A stretch of 64,000 nt of DNA from Escherichia coli (GTDB lineage Bacteria > Pseudomonadota > Gammaproteobacteria > Enterobacterales > Enterobacteriaceae). The notes below the pieces were generated by a model. It saw only the letters and a list, made by a program, of their open reading frames with translations, had not been told where the DNA came from and ran no database searches. Both the position numbers and the translations under genes were made by a program. This document shows positions 40,901-51,270 of this stretch, in pieces. The stretch is taken from NCBI RefSeq assembly GCF_003334355.1, contig NZ_QOWP01000003.1; one strand, given 5' to 3'. Each line of letters begins with the position of its first letter. Positions within the stretch are counted from its first letter, which is position 1.

Positions 40901-41264
40901 GTAACTCCGGGTTGATTTATGCTCGGAAATATTTGTTGTTGAGTTTTTGTATGTTCCTGTTGGTATAATATGTTGCGGCAATTTATTTGCCGCATAATTT
41001 TTATTACATAAATTTAACCAGAGAATGTCACGCAATCCATTGTAAACATTAAATGTTTATCTTTTCATGATATCAACTTGCGATCCTGATGTGTTAATAA
41101 AAAACCTCAAGTTCTCACTTACAGAAACTTTTGTGTTATTTCACCTAATCTTTAGGATTAATCCTTTTTTCGTGAGTAATCTTATCGCCAGTTTGGTCTG
41201 GTCAGGAAATAGTTATACATCATGACCCGGACTCCAAATTCAAAAATGAAATTAGGAGAAGAGC
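40901..41264 (+). promoter_or_regulatory. cadBA promoter region (Pcad), AT-rich; expected to hold the CadC and H-NS binding sites
   Basis: 364-bp AT-rich intergenic region upstream of cadB; exact site positions not resolved by eye. Confidence 0.5.
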
Positions 41265-42599
41265 ATGAGTTCTGCCAAGAAGATCGGGCTATTTGCCTGT
41301 ACCGGTGTTGTTGCCGGTAATATGATGGGGAGCGGTATTGCATTATTACCTGCGAACCTAGCAAGTATCGGTGGTATTGCTATCTGGGGTTGGATTATCT
41401 CTATTATTGGTGCAATGTCGCTGGCGTATGTATATGCCCGACTGGCAACAAAAAACCCGCAACAAGGTGGCCCAATTGCTTATGCCGGAGAAATTTCCCC
41501 TGCATTTGGTTTTCAGACAGGTGTTCTTTATTACCATGCTAACTGGATTGGTAACCTGGCGATTGGTATTACCGCTGTATCTTATCTTTCCACCTTCTTC
41601 CCAGTATTAAATGATCCTGTTCCGGCGGGTATCGCCTGTATTGCTATCGTCTGGGTATTTACCTTTGTAAATATGCTCGGCGGTACTTGGGTAAGCCGTT
41701 TAACCACTATTGGTCTGGTGCTGGTTCTTATTCCTGTGGTGATGACTGCTATTGTTGGCTGGCATTGGTTTGATGCGGCAACTTATGCAGCTAACTGGAA
41801 TACTGCGGATACCACTGATGGTCATGCGATCATTAAAAGTATTCTGCTCTGCCTGTGGGCCTTCGTGGGTGTTGAATCCGCAGCTGTAAGTACTGGTATG
41901 GTTAAAAACCCGAAACGTACCGTTCCGCTGGCAACCATGCTGGGTACTGGTTTAGCAGGTATTGTTTACATCGCTGCGACTCAGGTGCTTTCCGGTATGT
42001 ATCCGTCTTCTGTAATGGCGGCTTCCGGTGCTCCGTTTGCAATCAGTGCTTCAACTATCCTCGGTAACTGGGCTGCGCCGCTGGTTTCTGCATTCACCGC
42101 CTTTGCGTGCCTGACTTCTCTGGGCTCCTGGATGATGTTGGTAGGCCAGGCAGGTGTACGTGCCGCTAACGACGGTAACTTCCCGAAAGTTTATGGTGAA
42201 GTCGACAGCAACGGTATTCCGAAAAAAGGTCTGCTGCTGGCTGCAGTGAAAATGACTGCCCTGATGATCCTTATCACTCTGATGAACTCTGCCGGTGGTA
42301 AAGCATCTGACCTGTTCGGTGAACTGACCGGTATCGCAGTACTGCTGACTATGCTGCCGTATTTCTACTCTTGCGTTGACCTGATTCGTTTTGAAGGCGT
42401 TAACATCCGCAACTTTGTCAGCCTGATCTGCTCTGTACTGGGTTGCGTGTTCTGCTTCATCGCGCTGATGGGCGCAAGCTCCTTCGAGCTGGCAGGTACC
42501 TTCATCGTCAGCCTGATTATCCTGATGTTCTACGCTCGCAAAATGCACGAGCGCCAGAGCCACTCAATGGATAACCACACCGCGTCTAACGCACATTAA
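41265..42599 (+). CDS. cadB: Lysine:cadaverine antiporter CadB
   Basis: ORF track 444 aa MSSAKKIGLFACTGVVAGNMMGSGIALLPANLASIGG... Confidence 0.95.
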   Translation: MSSAKKIGLFACTGVVAGNMMGSGIALLPANLASIGGIAIWGWIISIIGAMSLAYVYARLATKNPQQGGPIAYAGEISPAFGFQTGVLYYHANWIGNLAIGITAVSYLSTFFPVLNDPVPAGIACIAIVWVFTFVNMLGGTWVSRLTTIGLVLVLIPVVMTAIVGWHWFDAATYAANWNTADTTDGHAIIKSILLCLWAFVGVESAAVSTGMVKNPKRTVPLATMLGTGLAGIVYIAATQVLSGMYPSSVMAASGAPFAISASTILGNWAAPLVSAFTAFACLTSLGSWMMLVGQAGVRAANDGNFPKVYGEVDSNGIPKKGLLLAAVKMTALMILITLMNSAGGKASDLFGELTGIAVLLTMLPYFYSCVDLIRFEGVNIRNFVSLICSVLGCVFCFIALMGASSFELAGTFIVSLIILMFYARKMHERQSHSMDNHTASNAH

Positions 42600-42616
42600 T
42601 TAAAAGTATTTTCCGA

Positions 42617-42662
42617 GGCTCCTCCTTTCATTTTGTCCCATGTGTTGGGAGGGGCCTTTTTT
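42617..42662 (+). other. Intercistronic hairpin with U tract between cadB and cadA
   Basis: GGCUCCUCC...GGAGGGGCC stem (one G-U pair) followed by UUUUUU, ending 17 nt before the cadA start codon. Confidence 0.4.
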
Positions 42663-42678
42663 ACCTGGAGATATGACT

Positions 42679-44826
42679 ATGAACGTTATTGCAATATTGA
42701 ATCACATGGGGGTTTATTTTAAAGAAGAACCCATCCGTGAACTTCATCGCGCGCTTGAACGTCTGAACTTCCAGATTGTTTACCCGAACGACCGTGACGA
42801 CTTATTAAAACTGATCGAAAACAATGCGCGTCTGTGCGGCGTTATTTTTGACTGGGATAAATATAATCTCGAGCTGTGCGAAGAAATTAGCAAAATGAAC
42901 GAGAACCTGCCGTTGTACGCGTTCGCTAATACGTATTCCACTCTCGATGTAAGCCTGAATGACCTGCGTTTACAGATTAGCTTCTTTGAATATGCGCTGG
43001 GTGCTGCTGAAGATATTGCTAATAAGATCAAGCAGACCACTGACGAATATATCAACACTATTCTGCCTCCGCTGACTAAAGCACTGTTTAAATATGTTCG
43101 TGAAGGTAAATATACTTTCTGTACTCCTGGTCACATGGGCGGTACTGCATTCCAGAAAAGCCCGGTAGGTAGCCTGTTCTATGATTTCTTTGGTCCGAAT
43201 ACCATGAAATCTGATATTTCCATTTCAGTATCTGAACTGGGTTCTCTGCTGGATCACAGTGGTCCACACAAAGAAGCAGAACAGTATATCGCTCGCGTCT
43301 TTAACGCAGACCGCAGCTACATGGTGACCAACGGTACTTCCACTGCGAACAAAATTGTTGGTATGTACTCTGCTCCAGCAGGCAGCACCATTCTGATTGA
43401 CCGTAACTGCCACAAATCGCTGACCCACCTGATGATGATGAGCGATGTTACGCCAATCTATTTCCGCCCGACCCGTAACGCTTACGGTATTCTTGGTGGT
43501 ATCCCACAGAGTGAATTCCAGCACGCTACCATTGCTAAGCGCGTGAAAGAAACACCAAACGCAACCTGGCCGGTACATGCTGTAATTACCAACTCTACCT
43601 ATGATGGTCTGCTGTACAACACCGACTTCATCAAGAAAACACTGGATGTGAAATCCATCCACTTTGACTCCGCGTGGGTGCCTTACACCAACTTCTCACC
43701 GATTTACGAAGGTAAATGCGGTATGAGCGGTGGCCGTGTAGAAGGGAAAGTGATTTACGAAACCCAGTCCACTCACAAACTGCTGGCGGCGTTCTCTCAG
43801 GCTTCCATGATCCACGTTAAAGGTGACGTAAACGAAGAAACCTTTAACGAAGCCTACATGATGCACACCACCACTTCTCCGCACTACGGTATCGTGGCGT
43901 CCACTGAAACCGCTGCGGCGATGATGAAAGGCAATGCAGGTAAGCGTCTGATCAACGGTTCCATTGAACGTGCGATCAAATTCCGTAAAGAGATCAAACG
44001 TCTGAGAACGGAATCTGATGGCTGGTTCTTTGATGTATGGCAGCCGGATCATATCGATACGACTGAATGCTGGCCGCTGCGTTCTGACAGCACCTGGCAC
44101 GGCTTCAAAAACATCGATAACGAGCACATGTATCTTGACCCGATCAAAGTCACCCTGCTGACTCCGGGGATGGAAAAAGACGGCACCATGAGCGACTTTG
44201 GTATTCCGGCCAGCATCGTGGCGAAATACCTCGACGAACATGGCATCGTTGTTGAGAAAACCGGTCCGTATAACCTGCTGTTCCTGTTCAGCATCGGTAT
44301 CGATAAGACCAAAGCACTGAGCCTGCTGCGTGCTCTGACTGACTTTAAACGTGCGTTCGACCTGAACCTGCGTGTGAAAAACATGCTGCCGTCTCTGTAT
44401 CGTGAAGATCCTGAATTCTATGAAAACATGCGTATTCAGGAACTGGCTCAGAATATCCACAAACTGATTGTTCACCACAATCTGCCGGATCTGATGTATC
44501 GCGCATTTGAAGTGCTGCCGACGATGGTAATGACTCCGTATGCTGCATTCCAGAAAGAGCTGCACGGTATGACCGAAGAAGTTTACCTCGACGAAATGGT
44601 AGGTCGTATTAACGCCAATATGATCCTTCCGTACCCGCCGGGAGTTCCTCTGGTAATGCCGGGTGAAATGATCACCGAAGAAAGCCGTCCGGTTCTGGAG
44701 TTCCTGCAGATGCTGTGTGAAATCGGCGCTCACTATCCGGGCTTTGAAACCGATATTCACGGTGCATACCGTCAGGCTGATGGCCGCTATACCGTTAAGG
44801 TATTGAAAGAAGAAAGCAAAAAATAA
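42679..44826 (+). CDS. cadA: Inducible lysine decarboxylase CadA, 715 aa
   Basis: ORF track 42640-44826 trimmed to MNVIAILNHMGVYFKEEPIRELHRALERLNF; PLP-lysine motif region STHKLL. Confidence 0.97.
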   Translation: MNVIAILNHMGVYFKEEPIRELHRALERLNFQIVYPNDRDDLLKLIENNARLCGVIFDWDKYNLELCEEISKMNENLPLYAFANTYSTLDVSLNDLRLQISFFEYALGAAEDIANKIKQTTDEYINTILPPLTKALFKYVREGKYTFCTPGHMGGTAFQKSPVGSLFYDFFGPNTMKSDISISVSELGSLLDHSGPHKEAEQYIARVFNADRSYMVTNGTSTANKIVGMYSAPAGSTILIDRNCHKSLTHLMMMSDVTPIYFRPTRNAYGILGGIPQSEFQHATIAKRVKETPNATWPVHAVITNSTYDGLLYNTDFIKKTLDVKSIHFDSAWVPYTNFSPIYEGKCGMSGGRVEGKVIYETQSTHKLLAAFSQASMIHVKGDVNEETFNEAYMMHTTTSPHYGIVASTETAAAMMKGNAGKRLINGSIERAIKFRKEIKRLRTESDGWFFDVWQPDHIDTTECWPLRSDSTWHGFKNIDNEHMYLDPIKVTLLTPGMEKDGTMSDFGIPASIVAKYLDEHGIVVEKTGPYNLLFLFSIGIDKTKALSLLRALTDFKRAFDLNLRVKNMLPSLYREDPEFYENMRIQELAQNIHKLIVHHNLPDLMYRAFEVLPTMVMTPYAAFQKELHGMTEEVYLDEMVGRINANMILPYPPGVPLVMPGEMITEESRPVLEFLQMLCEIGAHYPGFETDIHGAYRQADGRYTVKVLKEESKK

Positions 44827-44837
44827 TTAGCTCGTAC

Positions 44838-44868
44838 AAGGGAAGTGGCTTGCCACTTCCCTTTTTTG
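44838..44868 (+). terminator. cadBA operon intrinsic terminator
   Basis: AAGGGAAGTGG-cttg-CCACTTCCCTT hairpin followed by TTTTTG, 12 nt after cadA stop. Confidence 0.85.
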
Positions 44869-44884
44869 CTCATAAGGAGAACAC

Positions 44885-46342
44885 ATGAAAACACCCTCAC
44901 AGCCGCGCGCGATATACTATATCGTGGCGATCCAAATCTGGGAGTACTTCAGTTTTTACGGCATGCGTGCCTTACTCATTCTCTATCTCACCCATCAGCT
45001 TGGTTTTGATGATAACCATGCCATCAGCCTGTTCAGCGCATATGCTTCTCTGGTTTACGTTACCCCTATTCTCGGCGGCTGGCTTGCCGACCGCCTGCTC
45101 GGCAACCGCACTGCAGTGATTGCCGGCGCGCTGTTAATGACCCTTGGCCATGTGGTGCTGGGTATTGATACAAATTCAACCTTTAGCCTGTATCTGGCGC
45201 TGGCAATCATTATTTGTGGCTACGGTTTATTCAAATCAAACATCAGCTGTTTGCTTGGCGAGCTCTACGACGAGAACGATCATCGACGTGATGGCGGTTT
45301 TTCGCTGCTGTATGCTGCGGGCAATATCGGTTCTATCGCAGCCCCAATCGCCTGCGGCCTGGCTGCTCAGTGGTATGGATGGCATGTTGGCTTTGCCCTT
45401 GCGGGTGGCGGCATGTTTATCGGTTTGTTGATTTTCTTAAGCGGTCATCGTCATTTCCAGTCCACACGTAGTATGGATAAAAAAGCGCTCACTAGTGTCA
45501 AATTTGCCTTACCAGTATGGAGCTGGTTAGTGGTGATGCTCTGTTTAGCCCCAGTATTTTTTACTCTGCTGCTGGAGAACGACTGGTCCGGATATTTGCT
45601 GGCGATCGTTTGCCTCATTGCCGCACAAATCATTGCCCGCATGATGTTCAAATTCCCCGAACATCGCCGTGCTCTTTGGCAAATTGTATTGTTGATGTTT
45701 GTCGGGACATTGTTCTGGGTACTGGCACAACAGGGCGGCAGTACCATCAGCTTGTTTATCGATCGCTTTGTGAATCGTCAGGCATTCAATATTGAAGTAC
45801 CTACAGCACTATTCCAGTCGGTGAATGCAATTGCGGTGATGCTCGCTGGGGTTGTACTGGCCTGGCTGGCGTCGCCAGAAAGCCGCGGCAACTCAACATT
45901 GCGCGTCTGGCTGAAGTTTGCCTTTGGCTTACTGCTGATGGCTTGTGGCTTTATGTTGTTGGCATTTGATGCCCGACATGCAGCGGCTGACGGTCAAGCG
46001 TCAATGGGCGTGATGATATCCGGGCTGGCGCTAATGGGCTTTGCCGAACTCTTTATTGACCCGGTGGCGATTGCGCAAATCACGCGTCTGAAAATGTCTG
46101 GCGTATTAACCGGGATTTATATGCTGGCAACAGGCGCGGTCGCCAACTGGCTGGCAGGCGTCGTGGCACAGCAGACGACAGAGTCGCAAATTAGCGGTAT
46201 GGCAATTGCAGCTTACCAGCGATTCTTTTCTCAGATGGGAGAGTGGACGTTGGCTTGTGTCGCGATCATCGTCGTATTGGCCTTTGCTACCCGTTTTCTG
46301 TTTAGCACGCCGACGAATATGATACAGGAGAGCAACGATTAA
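44885..46342 (+). CDS. dtpC: Dipeptide/tripeptide:H+ symporter DtpC (YjdL), POT family
   Basis: ORF track 485 aa [36 protein letters not shown] (POT signature). Confidence 0.93.
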   Translation: MKTPSQPRAIYYIVAIQIWEYFSFYGMRALLILYLTHQLGFDDNHAISLFSAYASLVYVTPILGGWLADRLLGNRTAVIAGALLMTLGHVVLGIDTNSTFSLYLALAIIICGYGLFKSNISCLLGELYDENDHRRDGGFSLLYAAGNIGSIAAPIACGLAAQWYGWHVGFALAGGGMFIGLLIFLSGHRHFQSTRSMDKKALTSVKFALPVWSWLVVMLCLAPVFFTLLLENDWSGYLLAIVCLIAAQIIARMMFKFPEHRRALWQIVLLMFVGTLFWVLAQQGGSTISLFIDRFVNRQAFNIEVPTALFQSVNAIAVMLAGVVLAWLASPESRGNSTLRVWLKFAFGLLLMACGFMLLAFDARHAAADGQASMGVMISGLALMGFAELFIDPVAIAQITRLKMSGVLTGIYMLATGAVANWLAGVVAQQTTESQISGMAIAAYQRFFSQMGEWTLACVAIIVVLAFATRFLFSTPTNMIQESND

Positions 46343-46578
46343 CTGTCGTAAAAACAATTGGTTATGAATAAATTAACTTTCAGTTTATAACACTAACAAA
46401 TCGAGATTAATAAGTCATTTAAACCATTTTGATGGTTATTTATTAGTGATATCAACTTGAGGTAAGCGTTAGTTTCGATAAGATAAACTGAGTTACTAAT
46501 AGTCGAGGCAGATAATACAGTGTACCGATCTGTCTCTTTATCTACGCTAAATTGAAAGCTGGATTTAGAGGAACCAAA

Positions 46579-48096
46579 ATGTCTGAACAAGAAACACGGG
46601 GAGCCAATGAGGCTATTGATTTTAACGATGAACTGAGAAATCGCCGCGAAAAACTGGCGGCACTACGTCAGCAAGGTGTGGCGTTTCCCAATGATTTTCG
46701 CCGCGACCATACCTCTGACCAGTTGCACGAAGAGTTTGATGCGAAGGATAACCAGGAACTGGAATCCTTAAACATTGAAGTCTCGGTTGCTGGCCGAATG
46801 ATGACCCGTCGTATCATGGGGAAAGCCTCCTTTGTAACGTTGCAGGATGTCGGTGGCCGTATTCAACTGTACGTTGCAAGAGATAGCCTGCCAGAAGGTG
46901 TTTATAACGATCAGTTTAAAAAATGGGATCTGGGTGACATTATCGGTGCCCGCGGTACGCTGTTTAAGACGCAAACGGGTGAGCTTTCCATTCACTGTAC
47001 TGAGTTGCGCCTGCTGACAAAAGCACTACGTCCTTTACCAGATAAATTCCATGGTCTGCAGGATCAGGAAGTCCGTTATCGTCAACGTTATCTGGACCTC
47101 ATCGCTAACGATAAATCCCGTCAAACGTTTGTTGTCCGTTCAAAAATTCTGGCCGCTATCCGTCAGTTCATGGTCGCGCGCGGCTTTATGGAAGTAGAAA
47201 CCCCGATGATGCAGGTAATTCCAGGTGGGGCATCTGCTCGCCCATTTATTACCCATCATAATGCTCTGGATTTAGATATGTATCTGCGTATCGCGCCGGA
47301 GCTGTATCTGAAACGTCTGGTTGTAGGCGGTTTTGAACGGGTATTCGAAATCAACCGTAACTTCCGTAATGAAGGTATTTCTGTTCGCCATAATCCTGAG
47401 TTCACAATGATGGAACTCTACATGGCGTATGCGGATTACCACGATTTGATTGAACTGACAGAGTCACTGTTCCGCACCCTGGCACAAGAGGTTCTGGGTA
47501 CCACTAAAGTCACTTATGGCGAGCATGTGTTTGATTTCGGCAAACCGTTTGAAAAACTCACCATGCGCGAAGCAATCAAAAAATATCGTCCAGAAACCGA
47601 TATGGCCGACCTGGATAATTTTGATGCTGCTAAAGCATTAGCTGAATCTATCGGAATTACGGTAGAGAAAAGCTGGGGGCTGGGACGTATTGTCACGGAG
47701 ATCTTTGATGAAGTGGCAGAAGCACATCTGATTCAGCCAACCTTTATTACGGAATATCCGGCAGAAGTGTCCCCGCTGGCGCGCCGTAATGATGTTAACC
47801 CGGAAATCACCGACCGTTTTGAATTCTTCATCGGTGGTCGTGAAATCGGTAATGGTTTTAGCGAATTAAACGACGCAGAAGATCAGGCTGAACGTTTCCA
47901 GGAACAGGTTAACGCTAAAGCTGCAGGTGACGACGAAGCCATGTTCTATGACGAAGATTACGTGACTGCGCTGGAATATGGTCTGCCGCCAACCGCTGGT
48001 CTGGGTATTGGCATCGACCGAATGATTATGCTGTTTACAAACAGTCATACTATTCGTGACGTTATTCTCTTCCCGGCGATGCGCCCACAGAAATAA
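46579..48096 (+). CDS. lysU: Lysine--tRNA ligase, inducible form LysU, 505 aa
   Basis: ORF track 46552-48096 trimmed to [33 protein letters not shown]; assigned lysU rather than lysS by genomic context next to cadA/dtpC. Confidence 0.93.
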
Positions 48097-48114
48097 ATTT
48101 CTCTTTTCTTTAAT

Positions 48115-48144
48115 GAACGAAGCAGTCAGGCGACTGCTTCGTTC
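48115..48144. other. 13-bp-stem hairpin between convergent lysU and ghoT (no clear U tract on either strand)
   Basis: GAACGAAGCAGTC-agg-CGACTGCTTCGTTC perfect inverted repeat seen directly. Confidence 0.5.
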
Positions 48145-48219
48145 ATCGTTCCGCAAATCCAGTTTTGAGGAGAGACGCTTCGTTTCACGATAACCAGCGG
48201 GTCCACTCAACTACAGCTC

Positions 48220-48393
48220 CTAAAAGAGAGAAAAAAGTAATGCCACAGGCAGACTCATTGGCCAGGTTATTCCGACCAGGAATGCACTAAGTAAACGAAT
48301 ATGTGTTTTCTCATGTGAGATAAACCAGATAATGACAAAGGATATGTTCACACCAATCACATAAAAAATTAATATTTTAGAGAATAGTGCCAT
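48220..48393 (-). CDS. ghoT: Type V toxin-antitoxin membrane toxin GhoT (YjdO), 57 aa (not in ORF track)
   Basis: Own translation of reverse complement: MALFSKILIFYVIGVNISFVIIWFISHEKTHIRLLSAFLVGITWPMSLPVALLFSLF*; 27 nt downstream of ghoS. Confidence 0.82.
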   Translation of the reverse strand: MALFSKILIFYVIGVNISFVIIWFISHEKTHIRLLSAFLVGITWPMSLPVALLFSLF

Positions 48394-48420
48394 TTTTTAT
48401 GTTCTTCTTATCCTTCCTGG

Positions 48421-48717
48421 CTACTTGTAAAACTGACGGAAATAGTCATCAACTGTCATAATGTTGAGGTCAAAATCAATATCCGGTAAGTCTAAGCATT
48501 TAAGCCTGATTAAATCTTCGATTTCACTTGCGGCTAACGATGTCGTTATTGCGAAGGAATTTTCATTCAATTGTCGTGGTATCCCATATTCATCAGCCAC
48601 GATAGAAGAGAAATTCATATCATACATCAATGATCTTAATCTTAAGAACACTGAGGAATAAGATGATGGATAATCAAAAGAAACAATATAAGTATTGAAC
48701 TTGTTTTTACCTTCCAT
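48421..48717 (-). CDS. ghoS: Type V antitoxin GhoS (YjdK), endoribonuclease specific for ghoT mRNA
   Basis: ORF track 98 aa MEGKNKFNTYIVSFDYPSSYSSVFLRLRSLMYDMNF... Confidence 0.85.
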   Translation of the reverse strand: MEGKNKFNTYIVSFDYPSSYSSVFLRLRSLMYDMNFSSIVADEYGIPRQLNENSFAITTSLAASEIEDLIRLKCLDLPDIDFDLNIMTVDDYFRQFYK

Positions 48718-48943
48718 AATATGACTCCTATCAATATTGAACGCTCAGGGGACGCAAAACTTATTAACCCCGATTGATGATTCTCATATAGGAGATATTC
48801 TTTTTTTTGCTCAGTAAAGGGGATGACTTGGGACAAAAAAACGCGCTCTCTGCCCATTCTTTGTGCATCCCCCTACCTTTCAGATGCTCTCCTGCATCAC
48901 ACCGCGGAGAGCATGAAAAATATCGTGAATCTGTACTCTCCCA

Positions 48944-49216
48944 TCAACTGCGAATATCATCATACTCCCGCGTTTTATCAAATTCGTGTTTCGCAAATGG
49001 GCATAGTGGGATAATTTTTCGTTTTTCCCGACGCATTTTTTCCACGACTTTCGCAACCAGCTGTTTACCAATCCCTTGCCCTTTCAGGCTTTCATCGACA
49101 TCGGTATGTTCGATAATCGCTAAATTCTCTCCGGTCGGCACAAAAACAATTTCAGCGATTTGCTTGCCTTGTTCGTCATTAATGTAAAATTTATTGTGGC
49201 CTTCGCGTATTTCCAT
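48944..49216 (-). CDS. yjdJ: Small GNAT-family putative acetyltransferase YjdJ
   Basis: ORF track 90 aa [54 protein letters not shown] (acetyl-CoA binding Q/RxxGxG/A-like). Confidence 0.8.
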   Translation of the reverse strand: MEIREGHNKFYINDEQGKQIAEIVFVPTGENLAIIEHTDVDESLKGQGIGKQLVAKVVEKMRREKRKIIPLCPFAKHEFDKTREYDDIRS

Positions 49217-49227
49217 TTTACCCTCGC

Positions 49228-49458
49228 TTATTTATGACGGTATTTCAGCGCGCCGCTCGGGCACGTATCAATCACTTTAACCACAGTGACGACGTCGACT
49301 TCATCCGGCATGATCCACGGCTTTCGTTTGAGATTAAATAACTTGCCGTTGCCACGTACGCAATTGCCAGAATGCTGACATATCGCAGTGTTGAAATAGA
49401 CATCGATCTTTTCGCCGGTATAACAGCGATAACCCTCGTCCAGTAGCGCCTGATCCAT
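49228..49458 (-). CDS. yjdI: Uncharacterised Cys-rich protein YjdI
   Basis: ORF track 76 aa [41 protein letters not shown]... Confidence 0.8.
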   Translation of the reverse strand: MDQALLDEGYRCYTGEKIDVYFNTAICQHSGNCVRGNGKLFNLKRKPWIMPDEVDVVTVVKVIDTCPSGALKYRHK

Positions 49459-49638
49459 GACTTTCCCTCTCTCATCAGTATGATTATCGCTATAAGCATA
49501 GCCCTGGAATCTTCATACAGCACTGGCAGTTTCCGTTGCCAGAGTCTCTTCCCCTATATAGCCAATCATTCTTACTCCCTTTGAATTACCCGCCTCATCA
49601 GAGATAATGCTTAAGAAATTTGTCACACAAGGAAGCTG

Positions 49639-51270
49639 ATGAGACATTCATTGCCCTACCGCATGTTACGCAAACGTCCGATGAAATTGAGTACCACAGT
49701 GATCTTAATGGTCAGCGCGGTACTGTTCTCGGTGCTATTGGTGGTGCATCTGATTTACTTCTCGCAAATCAGTGATATGACGCGAGACGGGCTGGCCAAC
49801 AAGGCACTGGCAGTGGCGCGTACCCTCGCCGACTCGCCGGAAATCCGTCAGGGCTTGCAGAAAAAACCGCAGGAGAGTGGAATCCAGGCCATCGCGGAAG
49901 CCGTGCGCAAACGCAACGATCTGCTGTTTATTGTCGTTACCGATATGCAAAGTCTTCGCTATTCGCATCCTGAAGCCCAGCGTATTGGTCAGCCATTTAA
50001 AGGTGATGACATCCTTAAAGCGCTGAATGGCGAAGAAAATGTCGCTATCAATCGCGGTTTTCTGGCGCAGGCTTTACGCGTATTTACCCCCATCTACGAT
50101 GAAAATCATAAACAAATTGGCGTGGTGGCGATCGGCCTTGAGTTAAGCCGCGTGACCCAACAGATCAATGACAGTCGCTGGAGCATTATCTGGTCAGTAT
50201 TATTTGGCATGCTGGTCGGACTGATTGGCACCTGCATTCTGGTTAAAGTACTGAAAAAAATCCTTTTCGGCCTGGAACCCTACGAAATCTCCACGCTGTT
50301 TGAGCAACGCCAGGCCATGTTGCAGTCTATCAAAGAAGGCGTCGTTGCCGTGGACGATCGCGGCGAGGTCACGCTGATCAACGATGCCGCACAAGAATTG
50401 CTGAATTACCGTAAGTCGCAGGACGATGAGAAACTGTCGACGCTAAGCCACTCGTGGTCACAGGTGGTAGATGTCTCGGAAGTGTTACGCGACGGTACCC
50501 CGCGCCGCGACGAAGAGATTACGATTAAAGATCGGCTATTACTGATCAACACCGTTCCGGTGCGCAGTAATGGCGTTATCATCGGTGCCATTTCAACCTT
50601 CAGGGACAAAACTGAAGTACGTAAACTGATGCAGCGACTCGACGGTCTGGTCAACTATGCTGATGCACTTCGTGAACGATCCCACGAATTTATGAATAAA
50701 TTGCATGTGATTCTCGGATTATTGCATCTGAAGAGTTATAAGCAGTTGGAAGATTACATTCTCAAAACAGCCAATAACTATCAGGAAGAGATTGGCTCTC
50801 TGCTGGGTAAGATCAAATCTCCGGTTATCGCTGGTTTTTTAATCAGCAAGATTAATCGCGCGACCGATTTAGGCCATACGCTGATTTTAAACAGTGAAAG
50901 CCAGCTGCCAGACAGCGGCAGTGAGGACCAGGTCGCGACGCTGATTACCACATTGGGAAATCTGATAGAAAACGCGCTGGAAGCATTAGGGCCGGAACCC
51001 GGTGGCGAAATTAGCGTAACATTGCACTACCGTCACGGCTGGCTGCACTGCGAAGTTAACGATGATGGACCGGGGATCGCACCCGACAAAATCGATCACA
51101 TTTTTGACAAAGGTGTCTCGACAAAAGGAAGCGAGCGAGGCGTCGGTTTAGCACTTGTCAAACAACAGGTAGAAAATCTCGGCGGCAGCATCGCCGTGGA
51201 ATCGGAACCCGGGATTTTCACACAATTTTTTGTCCAGATACCCTGGGACGGGGAGAGGTCGAACAGATGA
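49639..51270 (+). CDS. dcuS: C4-dicarboxylate sensor histidine kinase DcuS
   Basis: ORF track 543 aa; two TM helices, periplasmic PAS-like domain, C-terminal HATPase (GLALVKQQVENLGGSI). Confidence 0.95.
   Translation: MRHSLPYRMLRKRPMKLSTTVILMVSAVLFSVLLVVHLIYFSQISDMTRDGLANKALAVARTLADSPEIRQGLQKKPQESGIQAIAEAVRKRNDLLFIVVTDMQSLRYSHPEAQRIGQPFKGDDILKALNGEENVAINRGFLAQALRVFTPIYDENHKQIGVVAIGLELSRVTQQINDSRWSIIWSVLFGMLVGLIGTCILVKVLKKILFGLEPYEISTLFEQRQAMLQSIKEGVVAVDDRGEVTLINDAAQELLNYRKSQDDEKLSTLSHSWSQVVDVSEVLRDGTPRRDEEITIKDRLLLINTVPVRSNGVIIGAISTFRDKTEVRKLMQRLDGLVNYADALRERSHEFMNKLHVILGLLHLKSYKQLEDYILKTANNYQEEIGSLLGKIKSPVIAGFLISKINRATDLGHTLILNSESQLPDSGSEDQVATLITTLGNLIENALEALGPEPGGEISVTLHYRHGWLHCEVNDDGPGIAPDKIDHIFDKGVSTKGSERGVGLALVKQQVENLGGSIAVESEPGIFTQFFVQIPWDGERSNR

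Noticed and set aside
43696-44760. 354-aa minus-strand ORF antisense to cadA; likewise 60928-61935 antisense to adiA and 32972-33811 antisense to aspA
   Set aside because: All lie within recognised, full-length genes on the other strand; no independent support.
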